Notes: generated by a model not told the origin, from the letters alone. Counted from the first letter of the stretch, positions 1 through 9,264 are shown. The stretch is 51,220 bases of DNA from a virus (IMGVR_UViG_3300026229_000023:1-51220), one strand, 5' to 3'. Program-made: numbers and translations.

Positions 1-416
1 CTAAATGAAACCGAGCGTCTGCAAGCCGGAGGGAGTTACCTGATAGGTGTCCGGGTGAACCCAGCCGAAGTGCATCAACAGACGCAGCTCGGTCTCGCTA
101 ACCCTTTCACCCTCCAGGTAGGCCATCAGCCTTTCCAAGAAAGGAGATACCATCGGAGCTTCCTTTGCACCTCCCCAACCCAATTGTTGGGGTCGTCGAG
201 TGCAGGAAGATTTCTATCAAATAGTGAGGGCGAAGTCAAGACGCAAACTTGGACCGTAAGTTTGGCGATGAAATTGCCTGATTGGCAGCCGGCTTAGAAG
301 GCTGGCGCACTGTGCATTGCAGTCAACAACTTAGATTGAGTCCAATTCAGGAGGCCTGCGGACTGGCCCCTAGTCCCGCAATGGGCAGACACCGTGAATT
401 CGGGAACCTTTTCCGC

Positions 417-920
417 TCACCAACCACGTAGCTCGCGGAGTCCTGCCCTCACCCACCCCTTGCGTGCGTCCCTCGGACGGGGCTTCGTCTCTGCCGGCGG
501 CTTGCGCGGCTCCAGCGCTTCCTTGATCCGCTCGACCTCTTTCGCGCCGACCTCGGCTAGGCGCCGGGCCTGTTGCTGCTGCTCGCGGGTGACCGCATTG
601 TCCAGACGGATGATTTCCGAAGGCGCAACACCTACCGCCGCCGCAACCTGCCGGACGTATGCACCGGTATCGTTCTCCACCGGCGGCGCCCAGCGCCCGA
701 TGATCTCCTTCACCGTGCGCAGGCCGTGCTTGCGCTGGTAGGTGAGCAGGGTCTTCGCGAGGGCGCGGAACCCCGCCTGCGGGGTCAGGAACACGCAGAA
801 GCGCTGCTCGCGGGCGATAGCCGCAGCGGACCGGTCCTCACCCTGCCACGGCGTGCTGATGCGGTCGATGTTGCCAGGATTGTTGTTGCGTACGCCGCGC
901 GGCGTGCTGGTAGTGCCCAT
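417..920 (-). pseudogene. Phage NNPGNI-family (lysozyme-like/'structural protein P5'-type) protein, probably C-terminally truncated and fused to unrelated sequence
   Basis: PRGVRNNNPGNI...GFRALAKTLLTY...IIGRWAPPVENDTGAY motifs; after DNAV (~590) the sequence becomes a charged, unrelated-looking tail; GGGGGA RBS before ATG 920. Confidence 0.6.
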
Positions 921-941
921 GCGATCCCCCGTTGTCGCTGT

Positions 942-991
942 GGAAGAACCGGCACCGCTCACGCCACCCGGGCGAATGTGAGCGGTGCCGG
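942..991 (-). terminator. Intrinsic terminator-like hairpin after the DUF2190 gene
   Basis: 14-bp perfect inverted repeat CCGGCACCGCTCAC (949-962) / GTGAGCGGTGCCGG (978-991), followed by TTCTTCC on -. Confidence 0.6.
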
Positions 992-1000
992 CCTGTTCGG

Positions 1001-1354
1001 TTACGCGCCTGCTGCGGCGGAGCCCGGCGTCAGCCGGACGAAGACGGTCAGTGCGCCGGCCTCGGCCGGGTAGACGGCGAAGCCGATGTCTGCCACCTGG
1101 TCGGCACCGGCTGCACCAGCGATCGCGTGCCGGGTTTCGGTGTCCCAGTTGACAGCGGTGCCGGCAGTGAACACGGCGGCCGGCAGCTTGGGCAGCTCGA
1201 ACACGCCCTCGACATGCGTAGCGATGATCTCGCCAGCCTTGCCATCGGTAACAGCGACTGCGACCAGCTTGCCTTGTACGACCAGCTCACCACTCTTGAT
1301 GTCAGCTGCCAGGGTCACGTCGAGCACGCGACCGTCCTGATGTGCGTTCTTCAT
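1001..1354 (-). CDS. DUF2190-family capsid decoration/cement protein
   Basis: MKNAHQDGRVLDV...GELVVQGKLVAVA...EGVFELPK pattern; lies directly downstream of a major capsid 3' fragment; GGAG RBS. Confidence 0.8.
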   Translation of the reverse strand: MKNAHQDGRVLDVTLAADIKSGELVVQGKLVAVAVTDGKAGEIIATHVEGVFELPKLPAAVFTAGTAVNWDTETRHAIAGAAGADQVADIGFAVYPAEAGALTVFVRLTPGSAAAGA

Positions 1355-1422
1355 AAAAACTCTCCGGATGCGTGAAGGGTTCAGGAGACCGCCGCTATCG
1401 CGGTGATCTCCATGGCGGGCGA

Positions 1423-1582
1423 TCAGCCCTGAGCGGGTGCTGGGTTACCGGGGTTCTTGTAGATGCCGCGGTAGTCGGCAATGGCCGGTGCCGCATCCAG
1501 GCGCACCTTCCACGCCACGCCGTCGACGGTGAAGCCCTGGTGCTGCTCCAGGTACGGCGTCTGGTTGCCGTCGAGATAGCCG
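1423..1582 (-). pseudogene. 3' fragment of a major capsid protein (ClpP-protease/capsid fusion type)
   Basis: Reads GYLDGNQTPYLEQHQGFTVDGVAWKVRLDAAPAIADYRGIYKNPG...stop; no start codon before an upstream in-frame stop; not in the ORF track. Confidence 0.75.
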
Positions 1583-1684
1583 CATGGTTCGTGCGACCGC
1601 TGGCGATCAGCATCCTTCTGAAGAGAGATATCTCAGATGTCTGACGCCCAATCTCTTCACCACCGCGGAGGGACAGTTCGCATG

Positions 1685-2329
1685 TCATTTCCAACTCTCT
1701 GGATCGACATGGAGGAGGTTCTTCAGTTCCTCCTTGGCGACCTCAAAGCAACGAGCCGCGCCACGCACTTGAATCGTGACCTCCTTAAGCATCGCTTCAT
1801 CGTTCTCTCTCGAACTCTTGCGTTCAAAGTGCTTCGCCACCTCTTTCGCGGTCGAGACGTACCCGAGGCCCTGCCCAAGCGCGTCACAGATTCGAGCGGA
1901 AAACACTGCAAGCCGACCAACATCCTCATTGCACCGAGGCTGACCCGGCCCGCCCGCCAGTCGTACAAGCAGATCTTTGCCGCCAGCAACGCTGTAGACA
2001 TCATCAAGTGCGCCAGGAGCCCCGAGCTCCTCAAAGAGCTTCTTGTAATGCTGGGCGGATTGAACCACCTCGGGAAAGATAAGACGCCCGAGCAGCTGAG
2101 CTTCGCGAACCTTGTGCTGTTCGTCGCTCAGCTTGACCGCCGCCGCCAACTTGACGGACGTTCTTGTTGCCTCCGTGGTCGCTACTGCCAAGCGATAGGT
2201 CACGTACCCCAAAACCCCAGTCACCAAAGCTGCTCCTCCGGCGGCGACAGCAGCCCATGCCTCCCACCAGACAACACAGCCATCAACACCAAGATTCATG
2301 CAGGGGCTAATGCCACTCCAAAGGCTCAT
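1685..2329 (-). CDS. Hypothetical protein with one N-terminal transmembrane helix (moron-like)
   Basis: AAGGAG RBS before ATG; hydrophobic WWEAWAAVAAGGAALVTGVLGYV segment then helical domain. Confidence 0.65.
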   Translation of the reverse strand: MSLWSGISPCMNLGVDGCVVWWEAWAAVAAGGAALVTGVLGYVTYRLAVATTEATRTSVKLAAAVKLSDEQHKVREAQLLGRLIFPEVVQSAQHYKKLFEELGAPGALDDVYSVAGGKDLLVRLAGGPGQPRCNEDVGRLAVFSARICDALGQGLGYVSTAKEVAKHFERKSSRENDEAMLKEVTIQVRGAARCFEVAKEELKNLLHVDPESWK

Positions 2330-2493
2330 CTCGTTCTCCTTTCAATGGTCAGGTCTAGCGGGAAGCTGAAAACAGGGACGTTCCAGCGCGAGAGAATTTA
2401 CTGGGCCAAGCTCCTCACCAGCAACCCTGCGCTCGATCACGAAAGGGCAACTGGCGCCCAGCTTCCGGACGCAAGCGAAGACGGGAGGCACTG

Positions 2494-3249
2494 ATGGCCA
2501 AACTACTTCCGGTGCTGATCGCCTGCGAGTACAGCGACACCGTGGCGTCGGCCTTCCGCGCCTACGGCTTCGAGACGTACTCCTGCGACCTGCGGCCTAC
2601 CGAAGGCGACCCACGCTGGCACATCCAGGGCGACGTGCGAAACCACCTGCAGGCTGACCGCTGGCTGGCGATGGTGGCCCACCCCTACTGCACCTACAAC
2701 ACACTGGCCGGCATCCGCTGGATGTACCACCCAGACGACACCCTGCTGCCGCAGCCTGATCGCCGCAGGCACCCGAAGTATCCGAACCGGATGCGCGACT
2801 TCCCGGAAGGCGCACTGCTGTTCGCCAACTTGATGGCCGCGCCCGTGGAGTTCATAGCCGCTGAAAACTCAAAGCCGCACGGCTTGGCCATGAGCGTGCT
2901 TGGCCGACCCACGCAGACGGTGCAGCCATACGACTTCGGGAGCCCCTTCACCAAGGGCGCCACGCTCTGGCTCAAAAACCTCCCAGCGCTGGTGGCTACC
3001 CACACAATGGCGCAGGTGATCGAGCAGCACGGGGAGATCGTAGCGCGCTGCCATCTCATGCGGCCGGGTCCAGATCGTGAGAAAGAGCGCTCGCGATCAG
3101 ACCCCGCGATCGCTGCGGCGATGGCCGGGCAATGGGGCGAGCATATCCTTTCAACCATGGCATCCAGGCGTCCCTTTGTAGCTTTGCAAGTGGAGCCCAC
3201 TGGACGGTCGCAGTCACGATCATGCTTGACCAGAGGAGGCGCCGCTTGA
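2494..3249 (+). CDS. Small phage DNA cytosine methyltransferase-like protein
   Basis: VLIACEYS...AF...SCDLRPT, AHPYCTY (catalytic-Cys motif), AEN, QPYDFG, RSRS...IAAAMAGQWG; GGAGG RBS. Confidence 0.7.
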   Translation: MAKLLPVLIACEYSDTVASAFRAYGFETYSCDLRPTEGDPRWHIQGDVRNHLQADRWLAMVAHPYCTYNTLAGIRWMYHPDDTLLPQPDRRRHPKYPNRMRDFPEGALLFANLMAAPVEFIAAENSKPHGLAMSVLGRPTQTVQPYDFGSPFTKGATLWLKNLPALVATHTMAQVIEQHGEIVARCHLMRPGPDREKERSRSDPAIAAAMAGQWGEHILSTMASRRPFVALQVEPTGRSQSRSCLTRGGAA

Positions 3250-3461
3250 TCGGAGACGTTCTCCAATTTCAGGATCTCCAAGAACTGTGCAGGCCCGGCG
3301 AGCGCCCGCGGCTCGCGACCGTAGAGGCGTGGGCGCGCACTTGTGGCATCCGCTACAAGTACGACGGTAAGGGCGGCATCTGGACCACCGCAGCAGCAAT
3401 GAACGCCGCTCTCGGCCTGCAGCTGGCATCAAACGAAGCATATGGGACTGACGTAATCTGA
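3246..3461 (+). CDS. Excisionase-like / DUF4224-like small protein
   Basis: TTG start after GAGGAGG, overlapping upstream stop; LQELC...WARTCGIRYKYDGKGGIW; stop overlaps integrase ATG. Confidence 0.65.
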   Translation: MIGDVLQFQDLQELCRPGERPRLATVEAWARTCGIRYKYDGKGGIWTTAAAMNAALGLQLASNEAYGTDVI

Positions 3462-4609
3462 TGGCACCCCGACCGCGAAAGCACAACCCGTCCATACCCC
3501 CGCATATCGACCAAGCGAAGATCCCCAAGGGCGTTTACTGGGATGCGACTGGTCGTGGCCGCTGGTACATCTTCGAAACCGCAACGGGTATTGACGGCCC
3601 CCGGAAAGCTCGCCGAACGGTCGCAGGCCCGCAAGCCAAGCTTTCCGAGCTACACGCACTCATGGAAGCCGGAGAAGGAACCGGAACAGTTGAATGGGTC
3701 TGCACTCAGTACCACGACAGTGCCAAGTTCAAGGGGCTTGCGCCTGGCACACGCGCGGACTACGAGTCGGCGCGCAATGTCCTCCTGACCTACCCCACGA
3801 ACCTGGGCATGCCGTTCGGCAAGCTCCAAGTCAACAAGCTGCGGAACCACAATTTCCAACGCCTTGTTGATCGGATCGAATCGGCAGGAACACCCACTAA
3901 GGCAAACAAGGTGCTGCGCTACTCGCGGCTCGTGTTCCGCTGGGCATTGAATCGGGGCATAGTGAACCACAACCCTGCCCAGGGACTTGAGCAGGCGAAG
4001 GAGCGTAAGCGTCAACGCCTTCCTACCGATGAAGCCTATGCCAAGTTGATAGCGTTCGCGCGCGAACGCTCCATGCGGCCGGCTAGGACAGAGGGTTCAG
4101 TACCGCCATACCTATGGATGATCATGGAGCTGGGCTACCTTTGCAGACTGCGCGGCATTGAGACGCTCACGCTCACCGAAGCGCAAGGCACGCCTGAAGG
4201 CCTGCATACCAATCGCCGGAAGCGCAGTCGTGACAACCTGGTGGTCTGGACACCACGGCTACGAGCAGCTTGGGATGCAGCGACCGTGCGCCGTGAGACC
4301 ATCATTGACCGCCATAGCCTGCCGGTGCAGATGCGGGCCGACCAGCGCTACCTCTTTCTGGCAGAACACGGCGAGCCGCTGCATAAGACCAGCCTAGACA
4401 GCACTTGGCAGCGTTTCATTCAACTCGCTATCGCTACAGGGATCATCCTGCCTGAGGAACGCTTCAGCTTGCACGACCTCAAGCGGAAGGGCGGCACAGA
4501 CACTGCCGGTAACCGCGCAGAACGTCAGGACGCACTAGGCGTCACCGACGCGATGATGAAGGTCTATGACAAGAGCGTGCCGCGGGTGAAGCCTTCCCGG
4601 ACCGATTAA
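3461..4609 (+). CDS. int: Tyrosine recombinase (phage integrase)
   Basis: YLCRLRGIE (catalytic R), FSLHDLKRKG (HxxR), C-terminal VY; N-terminal arm-binding-like region PKGVYW. Confidence 0.9.
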   Translation: MAPRPRKHNPSIPPHIDQAKIPKGVYWDATGRGRWYIFETATGIDGPRKARRTVAGPQAKLSELHALMEAGEGTGTVEWVCTQYHDSAKFKGLAPGTRADYESARNVLLTYPTNLGMPFGKLQVNKLRNHNFQRLVDRIESAGTPTKANKVLRYSRLVFRWALNRGIVNHNPAQGLEQAKERKRQRLPTDEAYAKLIAFARERSMRPARTEGSVPPYLWMIMELGYLCRLRGIETLTLTEAQGTPEGLHTNRRKRSRDNLVVWTPRLRAAWDAATVRRETIIDRHSLPVQMRADQRYLFLAEHGEPLHKTSLDSTWQRFIQLAIATGIILPEERFSLHDLKRKGGTDTAGNRAERQDALGVTDAMMKVYDKSVPRVKPSRTD

Positions 4610-4656
4610 ACACAAACGAAGGGTCGGCTAAAAATACCAAGCCAGCGCTGATGAGA

Positions 4657-5499
4657 TCATACCCGCGCGCGCAACGCCTGAAGACGAGGCGCAAGGTCGA
4701 CTGCCAGACGTTCCAATCCTTCGGCGTTACCGAGATACGGCAAAAATCTATGGTGACGAAGATCGAACGGAACGTCATCTGCGTTTTGAGTGATCAGCAC
4801 AACCTCACGCCCAAACGCGTGCGCGATACCTGCTTCGTAGAAAACGTTCGCATTCTTACCAGTGCAATCGCATATCACGATCGCGGCTTGGTCGATCAGG
4901 TTCACCACATCCTGAATAACAGTCGCGTGGTCCCAGATGTTGTCAGCCCTTCTGCATTCAAGCCCAAGTGCCTGAGCCACCTCCCGAATCTTACGATACG
5001 TGGGTTCCAGAGCCGCTGTGAATGGCATCATGACCGAAACCAGGTTGGGATCAACGGCTTCTGGTGACGCCACGTCAAATGCTGTGGGCAGCCTGCGGGA
5101 TTGCCTCTGGTTTCGCACAATGAACTTGTACAGGTCGAAATCCTTGACCGCCCAGTGAGACCTCGTAAATACATTGAGGCCTATTTGCGCCCCAGAACGC
5201 CTCAAGGTCTCCCCAGCTATAGGAGGAATCGTTGCGTCGAAGCTGTACTCGATATGGATTTCTCTTCCGACCAGCCTTGCAGAGTGAATGTTTCCAACTC
5301 GAGCCGGCGGAAGGACGCCACCGTATGTCTCCTGAGCGAACAGCGCAGGGATGCTTTTTAGCTTATCGAGATCAGGATTACCGTTAGCGTCCGTGAAGGC
5401 GACTTCTACTGCATCCTCGGTATGTTCAAAAAGACGTGACAAGGAAATCTGCGAGCCACCGGCCGGCCATTCAGCCGTTGAGAAGAGAACGCTATACAT
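4657..5499 (-). CDS. Protein with C-terminal nucleoside 2-deoxyribosyltransferase/TIR-like domain; putative defence effector
   Basis: VSVMMPF...RRADNIW...IVICDCTGKNANVFYEAGIAHAFGREVVLITQ...VPFDLRHHRFLPY; start could be GTG 5511. Confidence 0.75.
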   Translation of the reverse strand: MYSVLFSTAEWPAGGSQISLSRLFEHTEDAVEVAFTDANGNPDLDKLKSIPALFAQETYGGVLPPARVGNIHSARLVGREIHIEYSFDATIPPIAGETLRRSGAQIGLNVFTRSHWAVKDFDLYKFIVRNQRQSRRLPTAFDVASPEAVDPNLVSVMMPFTAALEPTYRKIREVAQALGLECRRADNIWDHATVIQDVVNLIDQAAIVICDCTGKNANVFYEAGIAHAFGREVVLITQNADDVPFDLRHHRFLPYLGNAEGLERLAVDLAPRLQALRARV

Positions 5500-5612
5500 T
5501 GAAATCCCCACTACATCAGATTAAAGAATTTTCAATACTTTGAACCAACTGAAGCCTGGGCTACTGGCGACGGAGAGACTTCAACACAATGGTCCAGTTC
5601 TACAGCCTTAGA

Positions 5613-6578
5613 TCAGCTAACTTCCGCCTCCACGAAGTTCGGAAAGTACCGATACGTCATCCTATACCGCTCCACGTCCTTCATCGGCAGCCCAAGCGCA
5701 CAAAGATTATCGTTCGCACATGCATCGATTCTGCGCATCTCAGAAAACGTGAGCGATGGCGGATCGATAAAGTATGAGTCATCACCCGTTCGCGTAAACG
5801 GCAGTTGCTCAAAGGAAGCTGCCTTGAACTTCTCATCATCTTTCTTACTAAGAAGAACGCCACCGACCGTTAGCATCCGCGCGCCATCCGAGTAACGGAA
5901 ATTAAAGATCTGAAGATATGAGAAGGAGGCATCCTCTTGAACTTCCGTGTTGCGATTTCGAATTCCGTCCTCAATAGCAGCGTGTATTACAGCCCGAAAG
6001 ATGTCGCCGACTCTTCCTCCGTGGATGTCCGCCGCGGTCAACCCAGGAGGCAGGTGCTCCTCTCCCAACAAGCTCCTAGTAACATCGAGCATGTCGTTCA
6101 GACCTTCCTCTTCATCGATCAGAGCTTGGAGAGACTTCGCGTCCGCGTTCGCCGTTACCACGATGACAGATCCCGAAGGTGCCTTCTTCGCGACATACTT
6201 GATGTCTGTCAAGCAGGATTTATCTAGCAGACCATCATAATCAAGCCAGACCACAAGGGGGCCTTTGATCGCCATCCGCTGCAGAACAACATTGGAATGA
6301 CCAAATTGCATCTCAATCTGAGAAAATGGAACATTGAGAAGAAATCTGTTTTTGCTATGCTCAGCAGTAGTATTCTCGATACTTATCATGCGCTCAAAAC
6401 CTAACGAGCGATGAAAGAGACTGAAGTCCGCGAAATAAAGAGAACCCATCCCTACGTAGGTGTAGCCACTCACCTCATGAAAGTGGTTTAGCCTCCTAAA
6501 CGCCTCTGCCAACATCTTCCGTTCGATGCTCTTGCCAGGCCGGACGCGGTAGTCAATTTTCTTGTAACTGCCGGCCAT
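5613..6578 (-). CDS. Putative Rossmann-fold 'O-methyltransferase'-like protein
   Basis: IDYRVRPGKSIERKML, YVGMGSLYFADF, MISIE, VVWLDYDG, FRYSDGARMLTVG motifs; start overlaps ATPase stop (TAATG). Confidence 0.7.
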   Translation of the reverse strand: MAGSYKKIDYRVRPGKSIERKMLAEAFRRLNHFHEVSGYTYVGMGSLYFADFSLFHRSLGFERMISIENTTAEHSKNRFLLNVPFSQIEMQFGHSNVVLQRMAIKGPLVVWLDYDGLLDKSCLTDIKYVAKKAPSGSVIVVTANADAKSLQALIDEEEGLNDMLDVTRSLLGEEHLPPGLTAADIHGGRVGDIFRAVIHAAIEDGIRNRNTEVQEDASFSYLQIFNFRYSDGARMLTVGGVLLSKKDDEKFKAASFEQLPFTRTGDDSYFIDPPSLTFSEMRRIDACANDNLCALGLPMKDVERYRMTYRYFPNFVEAEVS

Positions 6579-7906
6579 TAGTCCCGCTCCCTCTCCAAGA
6601 AGTAATCAAAGGCGGCCTCACCCGCCCTCTTAGCACTAGGCACCTGAAAGAAGTCGCGAGCGAATTCAATATCTTCGATGCTCCTATCAAACTGTACTCT
6701 CAGTGTCTTTGGTGAGTAAACGATAGGTTTAGTGGGATATTTGAAGAGCGTAGATTTCTGCAATTTCGATATCTCCACCGGCTTGGCGCGATCAATGACT
6801 TTCTGAAGGAAGTTGTCTTCGGAGTCTTTTTCACCGGCAAGAGCATTCAAGAAATTAATTACTTGACGTAGCGCAGCGGTCATCTCCTGACGAGCCGACT
6901 GATACACTCGCGAATCGGTATCCACGCCGCTCTTGGAAGTATTCCAAGGCAGGGAACTCGCGTCGTCGCTCTCAAAAACAGCATAGCCCCGGAAGCGCGC
7001 AAACTGCTGATGCGCTTTGGGAGTCGAAAACTCTTCTTCTACCGTAGACCAGCCCGTCGTCGGCGACTTGTCTCCAGTAACGATCTGTCGGCCATTGCAT
7101 ATGATTGACCAGCCAGCATCCTCTATGTTTGAGGAGCTTATGCCGGCGTAGAGGGAAAGACGCACCGGCGAAGATTGACCTCGCGACTGATCAGCAGGAT
7201 AAATATACTCAGTGCGGAAGGGCACAAGCTCGTCGCTTTGCAAGAGAGTTGCCGCACGGTGACTCAATGAAAAGGCATTAACCTTTATGTCCAGACCAGC
7301 ATCCATACTGCTCGCATGCGCGTCCTGAATCCCTTTGATCAATGACTTTAGGAATATCGAAGATTCAAACTCCGAAGAGATTACGGAGTGCAGCTCCTCA
7401 ACCCTGATAACTGTCCCGCAGTCTGCGGGAGCATTGACCTGCCCCTCATGGACCTCGTCAAACGCTAGCTTCCAGACCTCATTTCCATCCTTATCCTTAA
7501 GTCGCTTCCATGCATCGACGTCGACAGTTAGCTTAAAAGAAGATTCGGAAGAAACAGACGACACCTCAAACTTCCGACCCATCTTGAAGAGTGCCCTCTT
7601 CATGCCGACGCCAAACTGTCCGATCGAGCCCTCCACATTAGGAGCGCCTGCCGCACGACCAAATCTAAATGCGTACTCGGCAGCAGTACTTACCGCCATA
7701 CCGCCGCAATTGTCAGAAATTGAGAAGGATTCAGCCGAAAGATTGAGCTGGACAGCCAACCCTTTAAAATCCCCATCTTTCCTAACGGAGCGTGCACCAT
7801 CTACTGAGTTATCGACCAAATCCTTTACTGCATCTAATAACGAGATATCTTTCGTGATGATGGAGATAAAAAAATCTTTGGTGGGAGACGCATCAATCTC
7901 TGCCAT
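6578..7906 (-). CDS. MORC-like GHKL ATPase (HATPase_c_3)
   Basis: DLVDNSVD (N box), ISDNCGGM (G1), IGQFGVGMKRA (G2), GTVI; S5-like NGRQI...LPWNTSKSG; no obvious nuclease domain. Confidence 0.85.
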   Translation of the reverse strand: MAEIDASPTKDFFISIITKDISLLDAVKDLVDNSVDGARSVRKDGDFKGLAVQLNLSAESFSISDNCGGMAVSTAAEYAFRFGRAAGAPNVEGSIGQFGVGMKRALFKMGRKFEVSSVSSESSFKLTVDVDAWKRLKDKDGNEVWKLAFDEVHEGQVNAPADCGTVIRVEELHSVISSEFESSIFLKSLIKGIQDAHASSMDAGLDIKVNAFSLSHRAATLLQSDELVPFRTEYIYPADQSRGQSSPVRLSLYAGISSSNIEDAGWSIICNGRQIVTGDKSPTTGWSTVEEEFSTPKAHQQFARFRGYAVFESDDASSLPWNTSKSGVDTDSRVYQSARQEMTAALRQVINFLNALAGEKDSEDNFLQKVIDRAKPVEISKLQKSTLFKYPTKPIVYSPKTLRVQFDRSIEDIEFARDFFQVPSAKRAGEAAFDYFLERERD

Positions 7907-7969
7907 AGTCCGTATCCGTACGAAAGCTGGGACGACAGTTTGGATCTCGATGACTGTTTAGCGCAAGCC

Positions 7970-9076
7970 CTAGTCGCGGAGATGGGTCTTCAGACGCCCC
8001 AACAGAGCTTCGGCAACTCCAGGGCTGACACTGTTCCCGATCTGACGGAACGAGTGCCATTTCGTATCATCGAACTGAAACCAGTCTGGGAACCCCTGAA
8101 GCCGTGCAGCCTCCCTTGGCGTGATCACCCGCGGGACTGAGAAATGTATAGGCCGAACAGCTTGGAAGCTGCCCCGGTCTGAGTTCGTCCCAGCCCTCAG
8201 CGTCGGGCAGAAGCCGTTAGGATTGAGCCTAGGCGCACGAGAAATGGCATCCGTTGCTCCAGGCTTGACCGCCCGAAACCGGCGAACGACCTCAGATTCA
8301 TGCACAGTACCCAGGTTTCCAGATATCCAGCCCTGTGCGATCCGCGCAAGGGCGTTAGCGTCCCCTACACCCTCCGGCACACGGGCCTTCAGCCGTTCCT
8401 TGAACTCACTATTTGTGATCCCCTCGCCGACCTTACGCCAGCCTTGCTCGACAGACTGCCAAGTCGGTCGAACTGCTGGCAGACCGGACAAAGCCTCACG
8501 GACGCTGACGGTGTACTGAAGCGGCGCAAAGAGCTCATCAGCGTCGATGTCCGTCAGCCGTTCGGGATCGTAGCCAACAAAGAACACACGCCTCCGAGAC
8601 GTTGGCACTCCAAAATCGGAAGCCACGACGATTCGTGGTGGAAGCATCCGGTAGCGGCTTGGGACCTGAGCCAAGGCATCCTCAACCTGCTGCTTGTTTC
8701 TAGGACTAAGAATGCCGGGCACGTTCTCAGCTACAAAGAATGCTGGATCAGATTCTCGCACCAGCCTGAAAAAGTGACCGAACAGGCTATTGCGCGGATC
8801 ATCGATCAGGCGCTTTCCGATAGTACTGAAGCCTTGGCATGGAGGTCCGCCGATAAGCCCGGAGATGGACGGCCGTTCGGCGGCATCTAACAGCTCTCGA
8901 CCAGACAGCGTAGCCACATCTCTGTCAGAGTGAAACGTCGTCGGGAAGTTGAGAGCATGCGCCCTCAAGGCGATTCTGTCCCATTCAAAGGCGGCACCTA
9001 TGTGGAAGCCAGCCCTAGCTGCGCCAAGACTCATCCCTCCAACGCCGGCAAACAGATCGACAATTACTGGTTTCAT
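7970..9076 (-). CDS. DNA (cytosine-5) methyltransferase
   Basis: DLFAGVGG (I), GGPPCQGFS (IV), AENVPG (VI), RRRVFF (VIII), ITPREAARLQGFPD (IX), IGNSV (X). Confidence 0.95.
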   Translation of the reverse strand: MKPVIVDLFAGVGGMSLGAARAGFHIGAAFEWDRIALRAHALNFPTTFHSDRDVATLSGRELLDAAERPSISGLIGGPPCQGFSTIGKRLIDDPRNSLFGHFFRLVRESDPAFFVAENVPGILSPRNKQQVEDALAQVPSRYRMLPPRIVVASDFGVPTSRRRVFFVGYDPERLTDIDADELFAPLQYTVSVREALSGLPAVRPTWQSVEQGWRKVGEGITNSEFKERLKARVPEGVGDANALARIAQGWISGNLGTVHESEVVRRFRAVKPGATDAISRAPRLNPNGFCPTLRAGTNSDRGSFQAVRPIHFSVPRVITPREAARLQGFPDWFQFDDTKWHSFRQIGNSVSPGVAEALLGRLKTHLRD

Positions 9077-9224
9077 AGATGAATGCTACCTCGGGAGACT
9101 CTCGCTGTCGATCGAGGCACCAGTGAGCCTTTTTGTTACGTAGCGTTCAACGATTCACCACAAAGAGACCGCCAGCCTTACCGAAAGATCTGCATCAATT
9201 ACGGAGGGAATTCTGGAGGTGATG

Positions 9225-9248
9225 AAAAAAGCGCCACCAGGGCGCTTT
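9225..9248 (-). terminator. Intrinsic terminator downstream of the tRNA-Lys 3' fragment
   Basis: AAAGCGCC-ctggt-GGCGCTTT hairpin with a T run on -. Confidence 0.75.
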
Positions 9249-9260
9249 AAGTCATTGATC
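9248..9260 (-). promoter_or_regulatory. IHF-like binding site flanking the att core
   Basis: GATCAATGACTTA matches WATCAANNNNTTR except at the first base. Confidence 0.5.
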
Positions 9261-9264
9261 GCAT

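Larger units (their letters stand above)
1..9264. mobile_element. Degenerate prophage remnant / integrative element carrying a putative defence cassette; left end outside window or eroded
   Basis: Integrase, Xis-like and MTase genes on +; fragments of capsid and lysis genes on -; cargo between integrase and the tRNA-Lys fragment; IHF-like site next to the tRNA fragment. Confidence 0.75.

Noticed and set aside
1-297. Small ORFs 1-183 (-) and 55-297 (+)
   Set aside because: No recognisable motif and at the window edge; cannot support either
1637-2494. 285-aa + strand ORF
   Set aside because: Mostly antisense to 1685-2329, which has the better RBS and protein-like composition; only its 3' end may be a gene remnant
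4651-5067. 138-aa + strand ORF after the integrase
   Set aside because: Antisense to the conserved NDT/TIR-like domain
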